A stretch of 54,615 nucleotides of DNA, filler included, from Porpidia crustulata (GCA_964255105.1; 5 parts of 5 records of this genome joined end to end with filler, not necessarily neighbours in it); one strand, 5' to 3'; shown: positions 24,901 to 36,337, counted from the whole stretch's first letter. Notes: generated by a model not told the origin, from the sequence alone. A program made the numbers and translations.

Positions 24901-25236
24901 TTCCCCAAGGTCTCCTCGACCATGGTCGTTCCACTGGTCTAGCATCCCCCATCTCCCAACGCCTAGACACAGACATCTTCTTAGTCTTCTTGACAACGAG
25001 CGTGCTTTGAGGCTGAAGACACGGTCCGTCCTTCGCTCGGGAAAAAAGGTAGATAGCAGAGCTACCGGATCGATTTCGAGTGAGTGAAGAGTAATCCTAT
25101 GCCCAAGAAACCATTGCTTTGTCCTCTCCCGTATCCTATACTGCTTACGAGTAAGAGGAACCAAAGGTGGGTCACAAATGCAGTACGATTCAATGTCCGA
25201 CAATAGTGTACAAAAATCATAAAACTGAAGAGGCAT
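21939..25236 (-). CDS. ATP-dependent DNA ligase (divergent, ligase IV-related), 3' truncated
   Basis: Motif I ERKYDGEY, ILEGEL, IFYDV, WEGLVLK, WMKLKKDY, LRFPR; N-terminal DNA-binding domain. Intron 24020-24070; ATG 25236. Confidence 0.9.
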
Positions 25237-26242
25237 CACGAGAGTGCGCAATCACCAGATATCTTGTAATTGTGCAGGGCGTCTTTCAAACCCAACGACT
25301 GCAAAGAAAGCAAATGCGGTAGCAATATATACTGATAAGCCATACCGACCAAAAATATAATGAAAACACCCAAGAGAGGTGAGTCTCAATGTTGTGGAAA
25401 TGAAGATAGGTGATGGAGAAATGAAAGAAAAATAAGAATGAAGTGAAAATGTGGTTAACATCATGAAGACGTCTTTGTTTGGTAGCGGTATTCACGTGAT
25501 CATATGCTCCCGCTTAGCGCCATCGTATGCAGATTGCCAGATATCCAAAAGGGCAGGTGGAAGCGATATGGTGATAACTAATGTGTCAGTATAGGACCGT
25601 CAACGTCTACAAGGAAAAGACGTGGATTTACTTCAACACTACGATTCTAGTTAACGCATTCCGAGACACTGGCTTTCATTCATAGAAGCAGCTGTGACAA
25701 TCGGCAGCAAGTCGCCAATGTGCCGCATCCAAAGTTTCAAACCCGATTCACAGTTGACGAAGGAGCCAGTGTCATGAGTGAGATAAATCTCGCGATCACA
25801 AAGTCACTCAAGATTGAATCTGCACGAATTGGAGAAACATGATTGGTATCCGCAAGGACTAGAAACACCCATCCATCCACCCCGAAACGCCTGATTCCCT
25901 CGACAACCGGAAAATCCATCTAGGAATAACAAATCCCCCGTGATACGAATACAAGATTGACCCCGTCAGCGTGCTCCAAGATTTGCGCCTGTTTACCCCT
26001 GGTGATGCCGCCCTGAAAGTGATCGATTTTCGCACAACCAACTTGTCCGTTTTCTTGTATGCTGTCTCCCTTGAAAATTTTGTCAGAGCCCAATACCAAC
26101 AAACCCCGAGTGTCACCCTTCGTCAAGTAGTGCCTCCGACTATTCAGTGCAAGTCGGAAACATAAAGGTTAAACACCGCTGTGATCCTAGTCCCTAGAGA
26201 ATTTCATACCACGATTTGAACGCCGGGCCCTAAGCATTCTAG

Positions 26243-26376
26243 GTTCAACTCGCGGACATACACCGTAGTCAGTCACGCGAGGAACAGCTAAAGATTCTTG
26301 GGCCGAAGGAGATGGCGAGTGTTGTTTCGAGACTCAACCCGTGGACATGCACCGTAGTCAGTCACACGAGGAATCT
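26243..26376 (-). ncRNA. Two tandem copies of a structured RNA hairpin with cUACGg tetraloop (candidate cis-regulatory 3' UTR element)
   Basis: Copies at 26243-26285 and 26330-26376 share a 40-nt core with 36/40 identity; all differences are compensatory or wobble-compatible on the minus strand. Confidence 0.65.
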
Positions 26377-26743
26377 TAAAAAACGTGGGTGGGTATTGAG
26401 TGAAGGCAACGAAGGAACTAATAGAGGTGGATGTCCGTAGCTGGTGCTCAATTGCTGGGAGCGCTGCAAACATCTAAAGTTTAACGCGCAGAGCGTTTTT
26501 TTGGGGGATTTTCATTTTCATTCTTTTTTTGGTATTCGTAGTAATAGAAGGTCCAAGACGTCGACAGAGACGTAGTGATGGACGGGGCTGGAACAAGTAA
26601 GTATAGATGATGATGCTGTTGAAAGGTTTAGTGCTAGGAAGGTCGAGGTGAAGAGAAGCCGGTCCGAAAATTACTGAGCATGATGATAGTCATTTCCAGT
26701 GCCCAAGCTGAAGAAATGACATGAAGTTCCAATATGAAACTTC

Positions 26744-28135
26744 TCAGATCGAAGTAGCGAGGTTGGCGCCATCCACGATTGCAGGGACGTCAGTAACGAC
26801 CTGAAGAGCACAGACGGATGTGCTGGACCGAGCCAAGTCTTGAGTAACGTTGTCATTGTCACCCTTTACGCTCTCGCTCTCCCAGATCTCAACCTCGGGT
26901 TGCTCTTGAACAGCATTGTCATTCTCCATCGCAGCGTTGGTGGTACCCTTAACCTGGCTAGTCGAGGTCAGAAACCCGTTCCAACCACTTGCGTGTTCGG
27001 CATTGTTGTCAATGCTTGGTTGGTAAAGTGATGAGCCTACCACAGCTCCAGAGGTGCTGGCAACTTTCTCGTTGACATCAACAGCTTCTTCGTCGGCGGG
27101 GACAACGAAGAAGGATGAAGCATCACAGTCTTCAGAATAGAATTCTTCAGCGTTGAGGCTACCAAGGGGGGTGCGAGGCTCATCAGTCATGATGTCGGCC
27201 CTCGAGGTCGTGACGTTGCTAGAGGATGCAACGTAGCCAGGAGGTGGGATATTCTCCTTGCCGCGATCATTCTTCGCGGCAATACGGCTCTCATCTTCGG
27301 AGGAGATATCGAGAGTCTTGGTAGAGTGTTCCATCATGTTGCCAGCATACTGTTCGTCGGTGTCTTCATAAACATTGAATATCCATGTTCTCTTGACGGG
27401 AATGGCCGACTTCAAGTTGATGTCCTCGGCAAGCAGATTGGATTTGGAAATGGTGCCCGTGGAGGAAATAGCGGCATTCAGAGAGATAGGCGAGCGAATA
27501 TGAGAGTCAGCATTAGCGAAAGATGGAGGATCGACGCGGGAATAAGAGGCCGAAGACACACGACGACGTGACAATAGACCAATACGCTTCTTTGTGGGTG
27601 ATCTACCTGCAGGAGCAGGTGCCGACGAATGTTGGAGACGTCGGCTCTTATGAGCTCTATCCGAAACAACTGGTGTTGATGGAATCTCCGCTTTACGCTT
27701 CAGGAGCTTGGCGGGAATGATAATAGGCCGCTCAACGACAGCAGGGGTAGGAGAAGCGTTAGTAAGTACATAATGGTTCTTGTTGGCCTCGGCGTGGTCA
27801 TTGGCGAAAGTCTTAGCTTCGACATTGGAAGTCTTGAACTTCTTATTAGACAACAAGGACAGGATGGCAGGGTCAATATTTTCCGAATTTTCGTCCTCGA
27901 AGTCGTGCGGTGCATTTCGCTTGCGAGAGGATGGTTTTGCAGTGGCGTTAACGGTAAGAGCTGGACGTAGTGTAAGTAAACAATAAGAGTAACCTTGAAG
28001 AATATGGGTTATATTCAGTGAGCGAGTTAACATACCAGCTTGCTGGTTCTTAACATCTACCAATCTACGAAGCCTCCCACCACTCACAGAACCGAGAGCT
28101 TGTCTAGTCGAAAACATCTCGGCAAGCACTGACAT
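26744..28135 (-). CDS. Disordered protein with D-box, ABBA, KEN and D-box motifs; Acm1-like APC/C pseudosubstrate inhibitor candidate
   Basis: ATG 28135; in-frame intron 27961-28035. Motifs RQALGSV, FNVYEDT, GKENIPP, RTPLGSLNAEEF; Cdk site RSPTKK. Confidence 0.7.
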   Translation of the reverse strand: MSVLAEMFSTRQALGSVSGGRLRRLVDVKNQQAGMLTRSLNITHILQGYSYCLLTLRPALTVNATAKPSSRKRNAPHDFEDENSENIDPAILSLLSNKKFKTSNVEAKTFANDHAEANKNHYVLTNASPTPAVVERPIIIPAKLLKRKAEIPSTPVVSDRAHKSRRLQHSSAPAPAGRSPTKKRIGLLSRRRVSSASYSRVDPPSFANADSHIRSPISLNAAISSTGTISKSNLLAEDINLKSAIPVKRTWIFNVYEDTDEQYAGNMMEHSTKTLDISSEDESRIAAKNDRGKENIPPPGYVASSSNVTTSRADIMTDEPRTPLGSLNAEEFYSEDCDASSFFVVPADEEAVDVNEKVASTSGAVVGSSLYQPSIDNNAEHASGWNGFLTSTSQVKGTTNAAMENDNAVQEQPEVEIWESESVKGDNDNVTQDLARSSTSVCALQVVTDVPAIVDGANLATSI

Positions 28136-31040
28136 TTTGAGTATTGGTGTGTGGAAGTATTGACTTGATTGTAGAGTTGCAACAATCGTTTGTTGTGGTG
28201 AGGTTAGCGAGTGTAGTGTTAATGCTGCTAATAAACACAGTCTTAGAAGCAAATACAAAAACCTCGTCGAATTGATGATAGTGATTAAGGCAGTAGATCA
28301 CAACAAAAACAAAGGCAAGCGGTGGAGTGAAAGCAGTGCCTAAAGAGTGAGGAAGAAAGGTGGAAGCAAGCTGGATGTTATTGCTCCCAGAGCCCCCTTG
28401 GGAGTTTCACAGGCGCAGCGAGGCAGCACGTAGAACGTGGGGGGAGGGGGACACGCTATCGGGAACACGTACAATTGAGCGTGATGTAGCACTACTGCGA
28501 GTGAGTAGCCTCAGTTGGTAGAGCGCGTTCAAGCGTGAGTTGGCGTGGCTTTTCAGGTGTGGTCTAGGCAGCTGTAGGGGGATTGGCTATGTTGGCTTAG
28601 TTGAGAAGATTGGCAATGCTCGATGACGATGGGTAACCGCTGAGCTTGTTGTTACAGGCAACTTGGACAAGGGTAGAAACCTGGGAGAAAGTTATGTAGG
28701 AATGATGGAGGAATTCAGAGGTTCAGCAGGTTACAAGTAATGCCCAATGATTATGCTCCTGGTGTTGCCCATCTGGTGTTGTCCGGCATAGTATGGTACG
28801 GTACGGTTCGTTCACTGCTAACAGAATCTTACGCGCCGACGTCGCGTTTTATCGTCCAACACTTCCTTGCCTTCACCACATAAGTCACCACACACAGGCT
28901 TCGTCTGGTACTCACAATGCAGATACAGAAACTGCCTAAAGCTCGTTGCGTTCCAGTTCAAGAACCCAAGGTTTCGAACATAAGCCTCACACTTGTCTGC
29001 CTCAGGCGCCAATCCGTGGTCTCGAGTATCGAAAGTTTTGTAACATCGAAAAGCCCGTGTACGCTTGATCAATGCCAAATTCCAGAAGAGAGTGCCGTAC
29101 GGAATTGAAGTACATGTTGTTTGAAGCCAAGTTTGGCTCCTGATTACCGCCGCACTGCTATCTACGGGCAAGATTTTCTCTCTGCATGATATACTTTCTC
29201 TCATGTTCGATTCAGTGCCTGAATCCCAATAAGCTAACGTCAAACCATTCCAAGTGCCTTTGTGGCAGTTTGTGACGCGTTTGTGGAAACTTCTGGATGT
29301 CCCAGGTACACTTGATATTACTACAGCATGACCGCTCAACACTACGCGTTTCTTTTTCACAAGTCTTCTCAACCTTCATTGCCCACTACCAAGGCCCTTA
29401 CGATTCTTTGATTGTTGCAAGGCTCCCCTTCCCCCCCTGCGCCACGATATTCCGTGCTCCCGCATCGTGGCATACATCTCGTTCACGGGCTTTATTATTG
29501 GATCTCGTCTTTTCATTCCTATTATAGAAGACCTTCTTCCAGCTCTTCAAACCTATAGAATGTGTCTCTTTACTGTATCAGCGATAGTAACAGGCAAAGT
29601 GTAGCAATGATCCACTTGGAAAATCCTCCACAGCCTTTTGAACGAGATCGGGTTTCCAGAGTGTGTTGACGGGTCATGCATATTTTTTTAGCTGTCAAAA
29701 TGATGTTTGAAACTCCTTACCTTTCCTGAACGGTACTACCGTCCTCGATTTATATTCAGACTAACGAGTTCTTGGTACGGCCTCCTTTTTCAATTCGAAC
29801 TAAATTTTCGATTGACTTATCTCTGTTGACGCCGTAATATTGTGAAAAGCTCGTCTATAGCCTGGCACATATCCGTCAATGGATTGAAACAATAATTCTT
29901 CCTTGCTAATCCATCCTTGGTTGACATCTTCTTCCAAAACACCTATTACAACAGCTGTGCACCAACCCTGAGTGGAACAACCTACCACAGTACTGCCTGG
30001 TCCTGTCTCGAATGGTATAGGATGTGGTGCCCAATCGCTTCGATAGAGAGATTCCCAGAACCCTGTGCTACCGCTCTCCCTAAAGCAACGCGATCCATAG
30101 TTGATGTTGCCACAGACTTGCAGAATTTTAAACCAACTCCACACCAATCATCGATAGTCCATAGATGACGTGCCTTAGTACTACTTACTGCCGCGAGGTC
30201 ACATTGCCTCGCTGTACATGAATCTCCGGAATCATAATATGTTCTTTCGGATTTAATGCTTAGTCGGGGAAATGCTCGGTCTAGCTTGATCAGTTGCACA
30301 AGGAATTTCGGTTCGAGTTTGAGTACCGATATATGTTGAGATTCATCGGGTTTGGTGAATGTTTTACAGGGTGAGCTCATCGTTTCGCCATACAAACTGA
30401 GCACCAAGACTCCGTTAGCGTAAAGACAGGAAAGTATTGAATACTCCATCTTAAACTCCGGCCTGAGAATTTATGGTCACCTTCGTGTAGTAAAGCTTGG
30501 CTGTATATATTATTTTCGTCAGCAGCCTCAGCAATGATAGCTGCAGTAGGCCAGGGGGAGAAAGAGCGACATCAGAAACGTCATTCAGGAATTGAATAAC
30601 ATAGTTATGCATTATCAAAGAGAGCATCAGATACTCAAGTAATGAACAGCTTAGAATTTAGCATGATGTAGACTGCATCGCACCCTTCCTTTCTCACAAA
30701 CGCATATAAAGCTTCATGTCTTTCATCCTGTCGAAGGTAGCGATGAAAGTCTGTTGAAAGCGGCAAGACACGTAAGATCTTAGGTTTTCACTCTCTCGTT
30801 CTTAAATTTGATGATACGTATCTAAGACTTGCATTATGGATGGACCGTGATGCCGCTTGAGCAACCAAACGTCTACCGCCCAAAATTCGACGATAATAGA
30901 TTACCATAGGGTATCATACTAGCCTGTAATAGAAGTGTTTACAATCAACAATAGCATATGATATAATGACGCCCACACATTTCATGGCTCTCGACAAAGG
31001 GGATAGAAGAGAGGCTTGAGGATGGTCCAAATTTCTGACC

Positions 31041-32784
31041 ATGACGATGGAAAAGCTTCTGAGGGAGTGGCGGCAGGATGCCATCCACAAGCATCAATAC
31101 GAATCCGCCATATACGTTGGAGACAAGCTACTTGCTCTCACAGGTGAGCATTCCCAGGTGAATATCCAAATGACACGCTGATTTTCGCCAGGGAATGCCA
31201 ATGACGCATTCTGGCTTGCTCAAGTCCACTTCTCCACTGGCAATTACACACGAGCCCAAAGCTTCCTTGCGAAACACAACCTCATCGACCATAGCCCAGC
31301 TTGCAAATACTTAGCCGCGCACTGTCAGATCAAACTGTCCAAATTCGATGAAGCTCTCGATATTCTCGGGGATAAGGATCCAGCACACCTTCTTGCCACC
31401 TCGAGCAAGGCCAGACGGAAATTGCAGCACACGAGTGGGAACTTACGCCATGGTACACACAAAAATGGTAGAACCAGTGGCAAGCCTGACAGAATAGACG
31501 TGAGCGAGGAGAGGGAAAGAGAAAGCCTCTCGGACATCAAACATGAAGCAGCTATGTGCTACCTTCGAGGGATCTGTTATGCCAAGCAGAATGCCTTTGA
31601 CCGTGCCAAAGAATGCTACAAAGATGCGGTTCGGATAGATGTTCAATGTTTCGAAGCCTTTGACCAATTGATGAAAAACTCCCTCATGTCCCCAGATGAA
31701 GAATGGGCTTTCCTGGAATCTCTCGACTTCGACTCAATTTCCCCCTCCTCTGATCCCAATACTGCCCAGGAGGCGGCCCAGTTCGCCAAAATGCTCTATA
31801 CAACCCGGCTATCGAAGTACAAAAATCCCGCCGAATTTAACCACGCCACCGAGACCCTCTCTACCCATTACAATCTCGCATCAAATCCAGACCTGTTACT
31901 GTCAAAGGCGGATCTTTTATTTACTCAATGCCGATTCAAGCAAGCGCTTGCCATTACAACCTCAATCCTCAGCACGGACGAATACAATTTTGCCATTTAC
32001 CCCCTCCACCTCGCTTGTCTACACGAGCTCAACCAAACAAATAACCTTTTCCTCCTATCTCACCGTCTCGCAGACATGTACCCCGATGAGCCAGCTACAT
32101 GGCTCGCAGTCGGCATCTACTACCTGAGCATCCACCAAATCGCCGAAGCCCGTCGCTTCTTCTCCAAAGCGTCAATGATGGATCCCCACTTCGGTCCCGC
32201 CTGGATTGGCTTCGCTCACACCTTCGCTGCAGAGGGCGAGCACGACCAAGCCATTTCCGCCTACAGTACGGCCGCCCGCCTCTTTCAAGGAACCCACCTC
32301 CCCCAACTCTTCCTCGGCATGCAGAATCTCCAGCTTAACAACATGACTCTCGCGCAGGAATATTTGAACGCCGCGCACCAGCTCTGCCAGACTGACCCTC
32401 TACTCCTGAACGAACTCGCCGTCGTATTCTACCATCTCGACCACCTCCCCCAGGCCATCGAGCTCTTCCACCGCGCTCTCGCCACCGCCGCTGACATCAA
32501 CTCCGATCCCCGTGCCTGGATCTCCACGCGCGCAAACCTAGGGCATGCCTACCGCCGCCAACGTGACTGGGCCCTCGCATTGTCCGAATTCGAAGAAGTT
32601 CTCCGCCAAGGCGGTCCCGACGCGGGGATCTTCACCGCCAAGGGTCTCGTGCTCCTGGAAATGGGCCGATGCTGGGACGCCGTCTGCGCGTTCCACGAGG
32701 CGCTGGCGGTCGGGCCGCAGGATCCGATCGCCACGGATCTGCTGTCCAGGGCGCTGGAGGAGAACGCCAGCGAGCAAGGGTGGG
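31041..32784 (+). CDS. CDC16: Anaphase-promoting complex subunit Cdc16/Cut9 (Apc6), 3' truncated
   Basis: LREWRQDAIHKHQYESAIYVGDKLLALT (intron 31144-31191); TPR repeats ARRFFSKASMMDPHFGPAWIGFAHTFAAEGEHDQAISAY. Confidence 0.93.
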
Positions 32785-32884
32785 NNNNNNNNNNNNNNNN
32801 NNNNNNNNNNNNNNNNNNNNNNNNNNNNTTAATTAATTAANNNNNNNNNNNNNNNNNNNNNNNNNNNNNNNNNNNNNNNNNNNN
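32785..32884. other. Artificial contig linker
   Basis: 100-bp N/TTAATTAATTAA spacer. Confidence 0.97.
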
Positions 32885-33282
32885 CATCCGACGTTCGCTG
32901 CAGGTTCCAACATCCTGATACGCCTGTGTTTGATTACTTCCAGTGCATGCGCGCACAGGCCCTGATCCTCAATGAGGCCGAAGCAGCCTCCGATCCGCCC
33001 CGACGGTGGTCGCACTCCGCGTACCAACCGCCGATCCTGAGGAAATGGATTTCGGGCAGCTGCGAGATTATACTGCTAGCGGTGAAAGACTGTGACGATG
33101 AAGACACCTTTAGGCTATCCAATGTCGCCAAAGAGGCGTCCGTGATCGCGGGCGAATGTGTGTTGAGGTTGGTGCCGATGCTGGGAAAGGCGAAGGTGGG
33201 ATCGAAAGGGATTTTTCACGTCGTGGTTGGGCCGACGGGCGAATTCGGCAACAATTTGGATAAAGGTCCGGAAACTATTTGA
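32885..33282 (+). CDS. 3' part of a small Cys-containing, probably secreted protein
   Basis: Frame open from the contig edge: ...RCRFQHPDTPVFDYFQC...WISGSCEIIL...DEDTFRLSNVAKEASVIAGECV...VGSKGIFHVVV. The Cys spacing resembles fungal small secreted protein families; the N-terminus is missing. Confidence 0.45.
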
Positions 33283-33815
33283 AGAATTGCCTGCCTAGAG
33301 GGTGCCGCCCACTGGCGTGAGAAATTTTCAGCATTTAATGGTCCGACTGGCCAAGCGGAGGTGGATGAGCGAGAACGACATAGGCCTTGATGCTGTTAAT
33401 GCACTTCTGATCGCCTTCGCGATAATTTGAAGTTGAAAACGGACAACAGGTACATAGAGAAATACTTGCGGTGAGATCCTCAGTCATCAGACGTTGCCAT
33501 TGAATTATTGAGGCATTGCTTCCCAGACATGAGGGCTTAGAACAGAAAGGCAATTTCCTCAACGACCGAGGGGACAGAAAAAGGTAATTCGTTAGCTCCG
33601 TCAGGTGGATACTACCCCTTTTCATTTATTGACTGCCTTGTTCAGTAGTGAAATATATATGCACAATGGGTACGACAATGACGATTCAGAAGTTTTGATA
33701 TCTCCATTGCTGGTTAAAGCCTTTCGAAGACTTACCTTTTGAGCCCATATCCTGATAGGCAGTCGCAAAGAAGGCCTTGCTTTTTCGTGATCAAGGAAGC
33801 CACGATGCCCCGGGC

Positions 33816-34783
33816 TCATACATCGATCCCATCCACAGTAACGCCTTTATTCCAGCTGTACTGTAACACTCGCGCCACCTCCAATGCCGACTCATGAGAC
33901 ACCATCGCGGCAACAAGGTACAGACTCGCATCCAGCCCACTCGTGACCCCACCGCTCGTGATGAGCCTCAAGCCTCCCAGCCTTAGCGAGGACCTCCTCG
34001 TGAACGACTCGCGCCGCTTGACGCTCTCCTTCCACGCATTGCTGCCCTTGCGCGCAATCGACTTCCTCCTTCCATCCGGTCTCTTGCTCAAAATGAAGGG
34101 GTTCTCTTCTAGCTTCTCACCCAGGTCGAAGCGCGCGTTGTTGACGACGTAGTTCTCCTCCATAACGTCTGTCTGCTGTAAATCACCTTTTCTGGCAGCC
34201 TCTTTGCAAATGTTCTCCATCTGCGTGTAATAATCTGGGTGCGTGGTAGCCGCCAAACCTTGCAGAACGCCGGCTTGGGCGAGGATAAGGGAGCCAGTGC
34301 CGATAGACATGAGTGTACGTTCTTTGCTAGGATCGGTCTGCTGAAGAATACAGAAGGCTTTGATGAGCTTGATTGGCTCGGCTTCCTTCTTGAGGACCTC
34401 CTCTGCTCCGCTACCGCCAGGGACAATCAGGACGTCGTACTCTTTGAGGTCTTCGTGGGCGTTTTCGTAGTTGATGTCAGCTTTGACAGTAAGGCCGGAT
34501 GAGGAGGTGACGCCCAAAGAAGCTGCGGCGATGGTACACTCGAAGGCTTTGCTTGCTGAGTGCACATCAGCCGGGAAATTCATATCGTTAGATCGCGGAC
34601 AGGCACTCAACGTTGAGGGAGGGTCTGCGCATACTTACATGGGTCATTAATCTTATGACGAGAGTTCGCAAGTACCTCGAGAGGACCACATAGCTCTTGG
34701 GCTCCGAACGAGGGATGGAGAGCAAAGAGGACCTGGATCACTTCGATCGGGCCGTCGACGCTCTCTTCTTGAATTGCACTCAT
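33816..34783 (-). CDS. DJ-1/PfpI (ThiJ, isonitrile hydratase-like) protein lacking the canonical catalytic Cys
   Basis: ATG 34783; intron 34556-34638. Motifs ELCGPLEVL, YDVLIVPGG, MSIGTGSLILAQAGVLQGLAATTH, ITSGGVTSGLD. Confidence 0.88.
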
Positions 34784-35242
34784 CTTGTACGGGTACCTAT
34801 GATTTTTTGTTGATCGGACTGGATATTACAATACCATCAATTCAGAGGAGGATGCTATGGGTGTTGTGACAGGAGCTCAGCTCAGTGTTCCCCGCAATGG
34901 GGCCCCACATAGAGCTAGACCCTTTTGGATGCTGCAGGGTCCAGAGGGAAGAGCCGGGATTTCCTCCGTATTTACGGAATTATGTCAAGCTTTGTGATAC
35001 CATCAAGTTGGGTATGCTATAGAATCCTCTATACCAACCTCGTGGTCACCCATGGATTACTACGCGAGACTAGCATCTAATCATTGATGCATCCATAAAC
35101 CTACAGCATATCTCAATCCATCAAATATAATAAGTCTCATGTTTTGCCATTTATGCCATGTTATGCTCCTCCTTATCGACCTCTCTGACCTGCAGTAGTT
35201 TTAATTGATACTCCAAAGCAAACTCAACACCACACCCTAGGC

Positions 35243-35933
35243 TCAAGCAATTTTCCTCACCAACCATCCCCACTTTTCCGCCTCCTCAGGCGTCACAAGC
35301 TCACATAACCTCTCTATGAGCATGAAATCATGGTCCACATACTCAAAGCCCGGAACGACTGTCTAGAGAACGGAAAGTCAGCTTGCTAGTTTGCACGCAT
35401 CTACACGATTTCATTCCTTAGAGAAATATCGCAATGCGTACCTCACTGATCAGCAACCCCTCCTCGCCCTCTCCCAAAAAACTAGCCTTCCACTTTCCTC
35501 CTTCCACAATCCACTGCAATCTTTCTCCATTCTCTACATCCTCCCCAACACGAAACGTCTCCACTCTCCCCTTTCCCCCTGAGCCATCCGGATGAATGAC
35601 TACGTACGTTCCTCGTCCTTTATGCAACGTATGCACCGTCCTTCCCTTGTTCCTATGGAAAGATCCGAAGGGGGAACGCGGAGTCAGGAGGTAGAAGATA
35701 GTGGTTGAGGCGTTGCGGGTTGCTGATTGTATGGATTCTGTAATTTCGGCGTGCTGTGAGGAATGGGACGGGGGCAGAAATGGGTTGGGGATGAGAAGGG
35801 GATCACGATCGGTTTCGACAAAGTAGCCGCCTTCAATGTGGGGCGCTAGGTTGAGAGCTGCTATGAGAGAAGTGGTGGGTTGTGATTCGAAAATGGGGTG
35901 AGTCACTGAGAAGGAACGAATGGTGGGATCCAT
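35243..35933 (-). CDS. Cupin_5 (DUF985) protein, Cff1/YML079W-like
   Basis: LNLAPHIEGGYFVET, STTIFYLL, FHRN, LQWIVEGGKWKAS, LISE|TVVPGFEY; intron ~35364-35441. Confidence 0.88.
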
Positions 35934-36337
35934 TGCAGCGGACGAGGGGTTGATGCGTGTGGTATGTTTCATACGGGCTCAATGAGTGGGAGATGGGCTT
36001 TTATGCGATGACTCGCCTGGAGGAATGGCTGTCTGACATTGCTGACTGTAAGGATCAGGGGATGAGATGTCTAAAGTCAGCAAAGCGCTTCCCTTTATCG
36101 GTGGTTGGTAAGTTCAGATAAATGCTCCTTGATAAATCGAACATATATACATTGCTGATCCATCCGTGCGTGGAGGTAATTTTCCATTAACAGTGGCAAA
36201 ATGCTCAAGTCCAGAAAGAAACATATTTTATTGCCAGACTGTACCCACCTGATAAGGTAATATTCCATAACCGATCATCGAACGATCTTTTCCTATCATT
36301 ATACTGTAATCCAAAAACAAGTCGCTGCTTATTCATC

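Noticed and set aside
26245..26373. CRISPR-like repeat-spacer-repeat (40-49-40)
   Set aside because: Only two units, eukaryotic context, no cas genes; better explained as a duplicated RNA hairpin.
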